From Seison nebaliae (Eukaryota): a DNA stretch of 20,000 nucleotides. The translations under genes were made by a program, and so were the position numbers. How positions within the stretch are numbered: the first letter of the stretch is position 1; each line of letters begins with the position of its first letter. The notes under the pieces are model-generated. The model made no database searches. It had not been told where the DNA came from and was given only the letters and a program-made list of their open reading frames with translations. Shown piece by piece: positions 1 through 12,506 of this stretch. The stretch spans positions 57,269-77,268 of the forward strand of contig JALJEE010000449.1 of the NCBI GenBank assembly GCA_023231475.1, written 5' to 3'.

Positions 1-723
1 ACATAACGATGCAAAATATGAAATAATTAACATAAATCATTAATTTCTCGAAATTTATATTTAACTTTTTTCCTTAGATAATAATTTGTTATCTCTCGGA
101 AATTTGACATTGATTAACTTCCATAAAAGTTACAGCTACGTACTAGAAGATTTAGAGTTCTAATAACCATTTCATGATATAACCATTTCTATATTTCCTT
201 CACACAATAATCATCTCAGCAGATAATTGTAACCTTGTGAAATGGAGAAGTTTATTCCGTTCTTCCTAATTCGGACATTTTTACTTCCATTTTTCTTTTT
301 CTTTTTCGGAAATTTCGAACAATTCTACTTCAAATTCAATTTTTTTGACATTTATTCCACTTCCTTATCAGAGCCAACATCAGAAACCTGATCATTTAAT
401 GGAGAAATTTTCGGACGTTCCAATTTTTCTATCATCTCAATTTAAACAGATATTTATATCATTATGATAATCATTTTCATAGAATACGGTGAAGTTAACA
501 GACGTTTAGTTTAGGGGACAAAAAACTCAATCGTCCGTATTTATTCATTGAGAAAAATGTTTGTTTTGGTGAAGGATTATCTTCTTGCAAGAAAGTAAAA
601 CTAACAACATTTTTATTATAACCTAATAAGAAAGGAGGAATAATGAGAAATAAGATAAATGAGAAGTCTAATATTTGATTTGGAAATTGAGGAGATGTTC
701 CCGAAAATCTATTACCTCATAAA

Positions 724-1378
724 CTTTATTCCTTGGAGTCTTATGCAGATTGATGGGAGTTGATGTGCATCAATACCTTGTAATTGAGAAAAGTTGGAGG
801 AATGAATTGTGTCTAAACAATGCGAGTGACTTGGAAGCTGATGAAGGAGGAAGTTCATTAGTTTTGGAACCGCCAAGTCTCCGTGAAAGATGGGAAATAA
901 TCGGAAATTAAAGTGACAATACCCAAATATTTTCTTGTCTTCGATCAATGTGCAAATGGTGCACAAGAAAAAATGGTGGAAGAATATGGGGGAAATGAGC
1001 ATCTTATTCATTTGATAAAGGTAAAGAAGTTGCTCTTTAGGAAACGATGGAAATATTCATTAAATTTTACAGTATATTACAAGTGTTTCCTTCCTACTGT
1101 TTGATATGTTCCGAGTTGCCATTAATGGACGAGTGTCGAATAAATTGAACAAACTTCACACTAACAAAAATTAGTGGTTTATGCAACATCTGATATTTAT
1201 CATTAAAGTCCAGGAAAATGGACGATTACGTGCCGACAGTACAGATGTCATTCTCATTCTAAACAAGAATTGGCTACTGACCATTAAATGGATGATGACT
1301 GCTGATGATCATAATAAATTTAAGGGTCTGCTCTTAATCTCCTACAAAAATATCATAACTAATCCATTTAAATGGTGA
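724..1378 (+). CDS. Tentative 3' part of a multi-exon gene of unknown function (5' exons unresolved)
   Basis: In-frame chain ~724-852, 914-1020, 1073-1114 (or -1132), 1175-1378 joined by GT..AG introns; CACTAAC branch-like motif just before acceptor 1174; AATAAA at 1391. No recognisable family. Confidence 0.3.
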
Positions 1379-2462
1379 TATCATCACTCAAATAAACGGT
1401 AATTTCCTCACTAAATTCTCGAACATTTCACTCAACATTTTGGAAAATTTCTTATCGTTTATTATTATATAGAAATTAATAAAACTTAAAAAATAAAATT
1501 TCTCATTTTACGTTTCTTATTGTTAAGAAAGTTTTCTCATTTTAATTTTTTCACTTATCAATAGTGTTCTATGGAGAAACGGTGATGAAATGACAGAGAG
1601 AAAAAAAGAGGAGAATGAAGAAATTGCCGATTTTCAAAATGAAGAAATGTTAATTTTGGAAATGTTTGAACAAGATTTCATAAAGACTAAAATACAGTCA
1701 ATAAGAGACGAAGAATTGTCAGTTTTTAATGTAAAACATTTCCCCTTTAAATGATCCGTCTTCACCGAATATAATGGTAAGTTATTCGGTTCGTCATAAT
1801 AACAGTCATTATTATCGTTATCGTATTAATAACAAACTTTATACATAATAGGTGATGAAATATATGGAGAAGATGAATATGATCGTAATAGATTTCAACT
1901 TCAAGAGGTTAAAAATCTGATGCACAAAGAATGCACACTTCCTATTCAGACAATTATCTTCGCCACATTCACGAATTATTTTCACAGCTAAATTGTCTTA
2001 ACAAAATTATTTTATCTTCCATTGCTACTTCACTTCTAAATAACAAACGAGTTTGAATGATATTGTTCAATTTGGACGGTAAACAAATTCCAGGAAAGAA
2101 CAGGAAGAATGAACATTTGCGCATGAACGACGCACTTAAACAGTAGGAAATCCAGTACCTTAGCAAACAGAACGTGCTTTCTTTCCCAAAAAATTTTTCT
2201 CCTCCACAATTATTTTCTTCCACCCAAACATTATTTTCTTCCAGAAATCATTACATAATTCAAATATCATCTTATATCATAAATTTAGGGAATAAAATTC
2301 TCAATACAAATATGTTATTCTCATTATTTATTATTATTATTGTTTCCTTCCTAAAATTAGGAGATAAATTTGAACAATTACAAAAATTAATTGAAAACCA
2401 TCAATTCCATTATGGTGATGGTGAGTATTGAAATTTTATCATTATTCTCTTTGGGCTCTCTT

Positions 2463-3434
2463 TCATTGAAAGAGAAATACTGGTGAACAATCAAAAAGTT
2501 GTTCGACGTTTTCCACCTAAACTCTCTACCGTAGCCGATCGATTTTCTTAATTGAACAAGAAAGTGAAACAAGTTCGTAGTGCAACGGAAGAACGACTCC
2601 AATTTCGACTAATGGGATTTTATTGTCGACAAATTATTGACGATAACCTCACAAAAATTGTCGATGACAACATAATGACATTTCTCATTCAACTTTTTAG
2701 AGGATTACAAAAAATTTGTGACGGCCGAATTATTCTAATAATAGATGTTGAGGAGAATAATTGTTTTATTGAGTCATTCAATCTCATTGCATAATCGATT
2801 CTTTCGAATGACAAGAATTATTTCTCTTAATCCTTCTCTCCGTCTCCCAACGGACTAGTCGGATTTTCATTATAAAAATATTCATATACACATTTGACAT
2901 GGACATTGGGATGATCGTCGTTGTCGAATAGATAAACTGTTACGAAAATTTATTCGCACATTCATTATCTAAATCGAAAGCGATGGGATAAATTAGTAAT
3001 AATATGGTCGATATATCGAAACTTAATTTTTTGGAGTGAAAAAAGAAAAGTGTGAGTTGATCGTTGACAAATGGTCGCGAGAAATTTAATTCGCTTTCCT
3101 CTCCAAACATGACGTGACGATCGTGTGAAAGTATTGACCGAAAAAGACGAATCTTACTTCTCCTCATTAACTACATTTCTAACGATGTCGATCATTTATG
3201 AAAATATTACTGGGAGCGCAGAAGGCGTTCTTGGAATGATTATTTCTTCACCGCTCTCCTTATTTACATTAGAATAATCCTTTCACATTAATCTTTCGTA
3301 TGTCCATAGAAAAGGTCAGTTGGACTTGCCAATTGAACTTCTTCTTCTTCACAACAGACGAATTTGTTCTTTTGTCGTCCGGAACAATTGATTGATATGT
3401 TTACGCTTGACGACCTTCTTCTCAATTTCCCCAT
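2463..3434 (-). CDS. Tentative multi-exon gene of unknown function (~198 aa as modelled; may extend both ways)
   Basis: Exons 3434-3339, 3279-3211, 3170-3023, 2936-2852, 2800-2694, 2608-2571, 2516-2463 chain in frame with 40-86 nt introns, 5 of 6 with GTT donors like the confident genes. No homology recognised; alternative parses exist. Confidence 0.35.
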
Positions 3435-4085
3435 TTACTGTCCGACAAAACAATTCCACATGATGGCAATAAATTCTCTCGACAATATGTTAGCGGCATT
3501 TTGAATAAGGAAAGCCTCAGGCCATCGTTGTTCATTAATGAAAAAGAAAACTTATCGACTGAATATGTCCCAAATTCATTCCATCCGTTTATTTCCTCAA
3601 GTCGATACTTCTCATTTCCACCATCAAATTCCTGGAGATGACGGTAATTAATCCGATGAAAAATATTTGCTTAAACATTTCGGCAGAACATTCTACTCTT
3701 CTTTCTCTCCCCAAATAGAATTATGAGAATAATTGAATGAGAAAACACATGAATCAGATTAACCGAAATAAACGATCATCACCATCATTCTTCCTTCCAT
3801 TGGAAGTGAAAGAATGCTGGTAAATCCTGTAAATCCGTCAATATCATGGAAATGATGACAATGACGAAGGACAGAAAAAGAAAGAAGAAACGACAGATGG
3901 AACGATAACCATGTCAGTTGATGTCATTAATGATGACGGTAGTAATAAAATTTCATTGACTTATTAATATTCCATATTGATTTACTTTCTATAATTCCAT
4001 TAAAATCTTTCATTATTATCACTCTTCGTTTTCTTTTACTATTAATTTGTTTTCTTTTGCACTTTCAACTCTTCTTCCCTCAAAC

Positions 4086-4106
4086 CATCATCATCATCAT
4101 CATCAT
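4086..4106. repeat. (CAT)7 microsatellite
   Basis: Directly visible. Confidence 0.9.
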
Positions 4107-5195
4107 ATGAAATTGATGTACATACTTCTTTTTTTTCTTCTTTTGGATTCTTTCTTCTTTCATACGTGATTAGTGAGTGACGATGTGTTAAGAAAACAAT
4201 TTTCAGGTTTTATTATAATTCCTGTCATTTTTCATCGTTCGCTTAATAGTTCTTCTTCGAAAGGTACCATCAACAATAATCGAAACATTTTACGATTAGT
4301 ATTTAACAACACAAAAATTTGTTGACCGTTGTCCATTCCAATTTCCGGACGATAACATCATAAGACAAAAGAATCATATTTAAAAATCCATAAATTGACA
4401 AAAAAATCATGTTGGAAAAAAACCATCATCTAATTAAAAAGATGATATGATGAACGGAGTGAAATGAACAAAAATTTTGTCTGGTGGTCATTCAGTCCAA
4501 AATTCTCGTTGAACGATTATCGAATGATATGTATTGTTAGGATGATCGAAAAAATGGTAAGAAAGAAACGGAATAAAAATGAATTATTACAAGTGGTCTA
4601 AATTTATCTCTCTCTTTCTCTCTCTTTAGTTCAGTTCATAAATATCGGAATACGATGACTGAAAGGAAGCTGTTTGCTTCCATTGTCGACGTAATATTTA
4701 GACTCTCGAATTACCATGATTATTGTGAAAGAATTTCCATTAACCACAAGAGAAAAGATTTAGGAAAGGAACAATAAAGTAACGGGTAGATGATCCAACA
4801 TTCGAACCGATTTTAATTGAATGGGCCCGATGGCAATATTTCTTTCCAAAATATTTTGCAACGCGACAACGACACACGACGAACAAGCCGATTTAGTTCT
4901 CGAAAGGAAATAGGCGTTCAACATAACTTGCCTCCAAACTAAAAAAACACAATAACTCTTTCCCAAATCTTCGACACCGTTTGACGTGTTGTTAGATAAG
5001 AAAGGAAGGGTTGGTCTCCTTTTCAATAATTATGAAATCTTGATAAATATGGAAAGAAAGAAAAAGGTCAAAAATTAGCGTTATATCTTTCTCCTCTCTC
5101 CTCTTGCGAAAGGAGAAAACATTATTTTTTTAATCTGATCTTCACATTCATATTCTTCCTACATTCGCTCGTCGAAGTAACTTATCTCACTTACA

Positions 5196-5213
5196 CTAAC
5201 TAACTAACTAACT
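5196..5213. repeat. (CTAA)4+ microsatellite
   Basis: Directly visible. Confidence 0.8.
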
Positions 5214-5950
5214 GATAGACAATAAATTTAAAAATAAAAACTTTAAAACTATTTTCCTATAAAGAAAGATGATGGAGAATATTTTGATAGTATTCAAGAA
5301 TTAGATGAGGAAAAAATGAAGAATTTGCATTAAATTTGTCCATAAAAAATTTAATTTTCTTTGTAAATTGGAAAAAGAATGAAGATCTGAAGGACGAAAA
5401 AATTTATTGAGAAACAATTCAAAAATTAAACTAATTTACTTGAATAGTAGGAAGAAAATAAGCAAAATGAATTACAAGGACAAATCATGACATGACAATC
5501 GAATGGAGAAGTCGCGACTAGTTTGATTTAGTCGATGAAGAAGTGAAGTTGAATTCTTTGAAGAAAGAAGAAATTTAATTGAAAAGTTTAGTTTGTTTCC
5601 TAAAGAAACTGTTAGGAAATCGTAAGATCATCAGTTCCTGCTTCGATTGTTATTTTGAAATTGGTTCGTCGCTCATGTAATTAGGAGAACAGTTAGGTAC
5701 GAAAATACTCGGTAGTCTTTCTCGTCGAACATTTAGTTTCACGAGTTAAACATTTATCTTTGCGTCAAATTTCTTACCAATTGATCGGACAGCGTAATGA
5801 TATTTTTATGATTGAGGTCCGTTGTTGGCGGAAACTATTATTATAAGAAGTATATCTTCAATCGTTTTTTAATACTGACCAACATAAATTCCTATCTCCC
5901 AATTATATCTTGATTGGGATAGTGTTGAAGATGAAAATTAATTTCCTCCA

Positions 5951-5974
5951 GCTCAATTGCTCAATTGCTCAATT
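5951..5974. repeat. (GCTCAATT)3 tandem repeat ~250 bp upstream of the DNase start
   Basis: Three exact 8-bp copies. Confidence 0.85.
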
Positions 5975-6223
5975 TCATCGGACAAACAACAAAAAATCAA
6001 TAAATAGTCAAAAAATATTATGAAAATGTGAAATGTTTGTGAAGATAATTGAAAATATTTTGGTTTTCAGAAGATTTTCATGTTTGACCAAATAAACGGA
6101 CATCGAGGGAAGGAGAAATGGAATAACAATTCTATTCCATTTCCTTATGTTGATGATAAGTGAAGAACAAATAAGAAATTTGAAATATAAAGAAGAAAAG
6201 AAGTTTTGAGATATTTAGGAAAT

Positions 6224-9200
6224 ATGAAACTTCTATCAAAATTACAAATACTATTTTTCATCATATTCTCTTCGATTGAAGTGAATTGTAAAAACCGTTT
6301 GACCAATTCCTCTAAACCTTTTTGTCTGTATCACATTCTTTCTATCAGACGATGAATTACATATCGGATCATTCAATATTCAAGTACTCGGTACGAAGAA
6401 AATGGCGAATGCAGATGTGGTGGATGTGATTATCAAGGTTAGAAAAAGTGAAAATAGAAAATCGTTAAAAAACCGTCGAAAAAGATATTGAGACGATATG
6501 ATTTGGTTTTGATTCAAGAAATTAGAGATACATCTGATACAACTGTCCCGAAATTATTAGAATTACTTAATCGGTTAATAATATCATCTTTATTCTATGA
6601 ATATGGTTTTCTTTCAGAAATGATGGAATTCGTAAATATTCCGCAGTCGTTTCTCCCCGATTAGGACGAACAAATAGCAAAGAACAATACGCTTTCATTT
6701 TTGATATGAATAAAGTTATTATATTAGAAAAATTAGACCTATAAATTAACCTAATCAAAACCATCAAATTGTTAAGATAACCGTTTCTGATTCTTATATG
6801 TACGATGACGGAGAAGAAAGGACTTATTGGGGTCGATGGAAAGATGAATTTCAGAGGGAGCCATTCGTCGTCAAGTTCAAAACGAAACTTCCACGTTAGA
6901 AAATTGTTGTGTGAAATTAATTGAGGGAATTTGATAGAACTTGAGGAATTTGCATTTATTCCGATGCATGTCGATCCGGGAGAAGCTACGAAGGAAATTG
7001 ATTCATTGTATGATGTGGTTGAGGATGTGCGACGTTATTGGAATATTTCGGTTAAAATTCTCTTCCAATTCAACTTTCATCAAGTCCAAAATAGAACATC
7101 TTAATTGGAGGTGATTTGAACGCCGGCTGCAGTTACGTAGCAAAATATGAATGGAGCGATATTCGACTTCGTAATGATGTGAAAGGTAAATGGTTAATTG
7201 GTGATGATGCTGATACGACAACTAAAGCATCAGAATGTCCTTATGATAGGTTATGATATATTGAGTTCACTCCATAAAATCAATTTTTTTAGATTTATTA
7301 TTTACGGGTCTCAACTCCAACGTAGTTACATAGAAAATAGTGCGAATGTTTTCAATTACCAAAGTGCTTACTCACTCTCCGATTATCTAGTTTACTTACA
7401 TCAAAATTAACGATCATATTATGTACTTATCTCACTCGTACAAATAGACAAGAAACGTGTCAGATCATTATCCAATTGAAATGAAATTATCATCCAACAT
7501 AAGAGAATTAACCACTACACCTAAACCGAAATTATACAAATTTGGAGGTTTCCTTTCTCTCGTCAGAAAATGAATCTCTCTAACCGATAAATTCCTCAAT
7601 GGTAGAACGAGTTAAAATTGCTTCATTCAATATTCAGGTGCTCGGATTAAAGAAAATCGACGATAGTTATACGTTAAAAAAAATTGTGAAGGTTAACTTC
7701 ACAAATCGAAGGATGCTCTTCATTTCATTAGATTTTATCGCGATATGATCTAGTACTTGTACAAGAATTACGTGATTCAACTGGTATCACTTTAACTCGC
7801 CTCCTAACTAAATTAAACGAGTTAAACTCTTTTATTTATCCCTCCTTCATTTATCATATACATACATATTACATACTCGTTTCTCTTAATTTATCTGGTG
7901 CATTATTCTCAGGGAGTCTGGAACAAATTATATTTTCATTTCATCTAATCGTCTGGGTCGATCAGTCAGTAAAGAGCAATACGTCTTCATTTATGATCCG
8001 ACTAAAGTTCGTTCAACATTCTTAATAATTTTCTTAATTTTTTTTCTCCAAAAATTTTTCCCAAAAGGAAAAAACTTTTTTAAATTTTCGATAAAATAAT
8101 TTGTTCTCTGTATATAATTAATTGAAAAAAATTTTTTCTTAAAAAATACTCGCTGAAAAATACTATGATGAAAAAATTATTTTCAAAAAAATAATTTTTT
8201 TAACAAAAATTTCAGTTCCAAATAATCGATCATTATGAATATGATGATGGAGTCGAAGAACAAGATTCGGAAGGGAATTGGAAAGATACATTTCAGCGAG
8301 AACCTTTTATTGTGAAATTTCGTGTAAAGAATCTCGGTTCATTTTGCAGTGTGGGAAATGTGATAATTATTTTGTTCAGCTATTCCTGATTTCGCTTTTG
8401 TTGGATTGCATGCTGAACCGACTTCTGCACCCGAAGAGATCGATGCATTATATACGGTGGTGGAAGATGTTCGAAGACGATGGAAAATAGAAGATATTTT
8501 AATTGCCGGAGATTTGAATGCCGGATGCGGCTACTTACCCAAATATAAATGGGTTGATGTTCGATTAAGACAAGACCCAAAGGCCATGTGGCTCATTGGC
8601 GATGATGCAGATACAACGACTAAAGCAAGTGAATGCGCATATGATCGGTAATCATTATTTTACCATTTATATATTCAAATACAACTTTATAGTTTTATTC
8701 TATACGGAAATCAATTACAATTAGCGTACGAGGAAAATAGTGCACAAATATTCGACTTCAAAAAAGAATACCGAATGTCTTATTCGAAAGTGAGTATTTT
8801 TGGAAGGATGAATTGAACATTTCATGTTAAAGACCATCAAACTTTCCGATCATTATCCGATCGAGATGAATTTAGTTGAAAAATTCGAAATAATTGATGG
8901 AATTGTAATGGCACCTGCTCCTAAAGAGAAACTGGTAACGGAGGCGGTTAAGGTTGCGTCGACAAATGATCCACGATTAGCATTAAACATTCGAATTGGT
9001 TCGTTTAAAATCCGTTCTTTTGGTGAATCGAAAATGAGGAATGATGACGCTGTTGAAATATTGAGAAAAGTTGGTGGAATATTTACATAAGAAATAATTC
9101 TCCTTGAAGATAATAAGCAGATATGATATTTGTTTGATGGAAGAAATACGCGATAAATATGGACGAGCTATTGAAACGTTTATGAAGAAATTGAACGAGT

Positions 9201-10117
9201 TTCTTTTATGAAAGAAGAAGAAAAAGAAAAATTCATTTCTCGATCTTTAGAAATAACGATATTCAATATGAATATGTTATTAGTGAAAGAATTGGCCGTT
9301 CTTCCTCCAAAGAGCAATTTGCATTTATTTACAATCCAAACAAAGTTTAGTCAATTAAATTGAGTAACTTAATATTTTCATTATAATCTAATAATCATTC
9401 TTGTCCAATCTCTATTGAAGATCATCATTCCAAGAACATTCCAATATGACGACGGGAAGGAATTGAAGAGTTTCGGTCATTATCGTGATAAATTAGCTTT
9501 CGAACCATTCATCGTCGAAATCGCTTTTAAGCAACATAGTTCATAATCTGCTTCTTCTTCTTCTTCTCATCTCTGCTTTTTTTAGAATATAACGAACAAT
9601 TCTCGAGTTTTTGGTATGTTCCTGTAAATTTGGATAGATACAAAGTGAGTAAAGAAGTCGATTATTTGCCAGTTGTCGTAAAGAAACTAAGAGATGAATT
9701 CGACGCGAAAGTTTATTGAAATAATAAAAAATAAATTTTATAGTTTATTTCTAGAATATTCTGTTGGCGGGAGATTTCCGTGAAGGTTGTGCAACAGATG
9801 TCTTATTGAATGATTTCACTGAATTGGCATCATCCTTACACTTGTCAAGAAAGAAGAACGAACGATGTATAAACGATAGGTTAACGATCATTAAATATCA
9901 GTTGGTAATTATTCCGGAACAGATTCATTTCAATTGGCAACGACTGGACAACATCGTATACGGAGAATAGTGCACAAACTTTCGATTTTATGAAAGAATT
10001 TAATCTTTCGCCATCCAAGGTTCTCATTTCTCTTCATAAATTTACATTCTACGATCCTCTTTGTAGGCTAATGACGTTTCCTATCATATTCCCATTGAAT
10101 TTACTATCCGTGTTTAA
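6224..10117 (+). CDS. Secreted triple-domain deoxyribonuclease I-family protein, 23 exons, ~873 aa
   Basis: Exons 6224-6296 (alt -6287), 6349-6437, 6485-6573, 6618-6714, 6777-6894, 6938-7050, 7095-7249, 7293-7389, 7448-7547, 7606-7691, 7732-7820, 7913-8006, 8216-8336, 8380-8647, 8693-8789, 8833-9069, 9110-9198, 9251-9344, 9421-9538, 9586-9710, 9755-9879, 9923-10019, 10067-10117 join into one open frame. Signal peptide MKLLSKLQILFFIIFSSIEVNC; DNase I motifs SFNIQ, RYDLVLIQEIRD, RLGR..SKEQY, FQREPF, GDLNAGC, WLIGDDADTT, CxYDR, SDHYPIE in domains 1-2, degenerate in domain 3. Confidence 0.93.
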
Positions 10118-10128
10118 AATTTAATTTA

Positions 10129-10134
10129 AATAAA
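10129..10134 (+). terminator. Polyadenylation signal of DNase gene
   Basis: AATAAA 11 nt after the TAA. Confidence 0.6.
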
Positions 10135-11140
10135 CTTTTTGAACAATCATTCTAATCTGAATGATTTATCTAATTACAATACTTTTCATAAAATTAACGG
10201 GAAAAAAATTGATATTCTCTATGAAATTAATGAGAAAAGAAAATGTTGTAGAAAAACTTCCATGAGAATTATCGAAGCAATTTACCAATGAAGATGTCTG
10301 GGAAATGAGTTAAAGAGAAGGTGAATCGGATGATCGGGAGATATAATTCTATAATCAATTTAATTTGTTTATCCGAAAAAGTTCATGTGCTTGGCATTGA
10401 GGAGCAGAAGTTGATTGACGTACTTGTCTTGTACTTGAAATTATATGAAGAGGAAGAAAAGAAAATCGCATTTTCATGAATGACGATGGTCATAGATGCT
10501 GACTTTTCAAATCTGACTGGTGGATGAAATTAGATTAAAAGTTAATATTAAGTAATTAGACTAATAATGAAATGAAAATTCGATTCTGGAGATAACTTGT
10601 TCTATTATATTTGTTCTTTCTGATCATTTTTTATTTGTGTAAATTTTTCATTTCTTGAAATGATTTATTATTCTTTTAAAATCGGTAGATAGAGGACTCA
10701 TTAGATTAAATCAAAACTTTTTCCTATCAATTTAAGATTGAAACTTTTCATTTGTAGTTTTTTAAAGTTAAAATTTTTATTTTAGAAACTTTCACATATT
10801 ATTACCTATTTCACAACTCGCCACTTTATTATTTATAGAAAATCGTTCTCTAAGAAAATCAACTAATTCAAATGATTTGTAAAATATTTGTAGAAGAACT
10901 ATTCCATCACCGTCTTCAACCAATATGGTGCAGCATCTGGAAATCAGTCACAATCTGATGACTTGTGAGAACAATGACGCTATTGATAACGAATTGAATC
11001 ATGACATGGAAATAAATTGATGGAAAATATATTCAGACATTTTTAATGATTTGTTCCATAAAACCATTTCTTTTGTCATCCACTTTTCTAAATTGCTCAT
11101 TCAGAAATAGATAGTTCATTTCACGAGAACAATGATTATC

Positions 11141-11195
11141 CCACGTGTCTTCGAATTACGTGTGAGAAAAAGCAGGATTTTCAAAACTATAAATT
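11141..11195 (+). promoter_or_regulatory. Putative promoter of cyclophilin 1: CCACGT(G) at 11141, TATAAATT at 11188
   Basis: Position relative to ATG 11248; same layout upstream of cyclophilin 2. Confidence 0.45.
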
Positions 11196-11247
11196 CAGAA
11201 ACATTTACCAATATTTATGATACTTAATCTTCTACTATTAAAGTAAA

Positions 11248-12263
11248 ATGTATAATTCCAATTTTCTTATATTTCTCTTCTCCATCTTTACTGTACTGAA
11301 TTATCATACTGTTATTGGTCAAGATGTTCCCGATACACCATCAGAGGATACCGACTATGATGATGATGGCGAAGCAATAGACAGTATTAAAAGCTTCAAA
11401 GAATTGAGATATGAAAGAGAAGATCCTCCCAATGTTCATGAATTAATGAAGGACTCCCAATTACATGACCACAAAATAACCGATTTCGTCTTTCTTGATA
11501 TCATCGTGAAGAAATCACTTCGAGATAATGAGGATTTATATTCCGGTAAAATTGTCATTGGTCTATTCGGAGACGTATGTCCACTAACCACCTTGAATTT
11601 CAAACAACTGGCAATGGGCAGTATTAGAGAGAAGAGTAATGGAAAAGTTTTTATCTTTCTCAAATTTCCTTCAAATCTTCATATTTGTTCTCGAAAATAG
11701 AAAGTTCTCTGGTATAAGAATTCTGAGGTACATCGAATTATTCCCGATTTCATCATTCAAATGGGCGACAGTGTAACAATGGATGGAACTACAAGTTTTG
11801 CTATTTTATTTCTTTCAAACTTTCATCCGTTTCATAATAGATGAAAGTATTTTTGGTAAGAATTTTATCGATGAAAATTTCATTCTGTCCCATCTGAACG
11901 TTGGAATGGTGTCGATGGCTAATTCGGGACCGGATTCAAATGGATCACAATTCTTCATTACATTAGCTCCTGCACGATGGTTGGACGGTCGACATGTCGT
12001 CTTTGGTAAAGTAGTAAAAGGAATGGTTAGTCGAAATTTTCATAATTTTTCCATAATTTTTCAATTGTTGAAATTTTTATAATTTTCCCATTAACTGGTC
12101 GATTTATTTTTAGAAAGTCTTAAAAAAATTGGGCGAAGAAAAAACTTATACGATTGGCAACGCACCGAGAAATTATATAAAGATTGTTAATTGTGGAATT
12201 TACGAGCATGAGCCGATGGACTTGACAGTTGAACAATGCAAATCAACATCCGATATTATTTAA
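11248..12263 (+). CDS. Secretory-pathway cyclophilin-type PPIase (CypB/C-like), 4 exons, ~275 aa
   Basis: Exons 11248-11646, 11701-11794, 11841-12025, 12114-12263. Signal peptide; [77 protein letters not shown]; CypA R55/F60/Q63/N102/Q111/F113/W121/H126 equivalents retained. Confidence 0.93.
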
Positions 12264-12506
12264 GGAATGACAAGGTAATGTACGGAGTAAGAAATGAATG
12301 AATTTTTCTCGATTAATTAATTTTATTAATTTCACTTCTATTTTTCTTTATTTTCCTCTTCCCTCACTCGACGACGTGTTGATTGGAGAAAAGTGCGCTA
12401 TTACTTTTAATAAAATTTTCGAATTGTTTTATTGTCTTCTTATTAATTCTTTACCGTTTCCATCTTTTTTCTTTCTCCTTCACATTTTTTTTTCGAAAAT
12501 CTGGGA

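Noticed and set aside
1590..2794. Plus-strand gene model needing in-frame TGA codons (~1752, ~2123, ~2483), suggesting TGA recoding or a selenoprotein; all six confident genes end in TAA
   Set aside because: No in-frame TGA in any confident CDS and every Trp is TGG; no selenoprotein motif recognised; a minus-strand model explains part of the region.
3339..3434. RRRSS...C...CC on minus strand resembling a TGF-beta/activin mature N-terminus
   Set aside because: Downstream CxGxC, CC and CxC cystine-knot motifs not found in any plausible frame.
3500..6100. Several short coding-like frames on both strands (incl. ORF 4760-5026)
   Set aside because: Could not be joined into a consistent model or matched to a family.
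8007..8215. Longest DNase intron (209 nt) with an A/T palindrome near 8172-8198, possible MITE
   Set aside because: Only A/T homopolymer tracts; no clear terminal repeats or target-site duplication.
6567..8580. ORF-track entries 6567-6767, 7003-7221, 8278-8490, 8380-8580
   Set aside because: Antisense or off-frame shadows of DNase exons.
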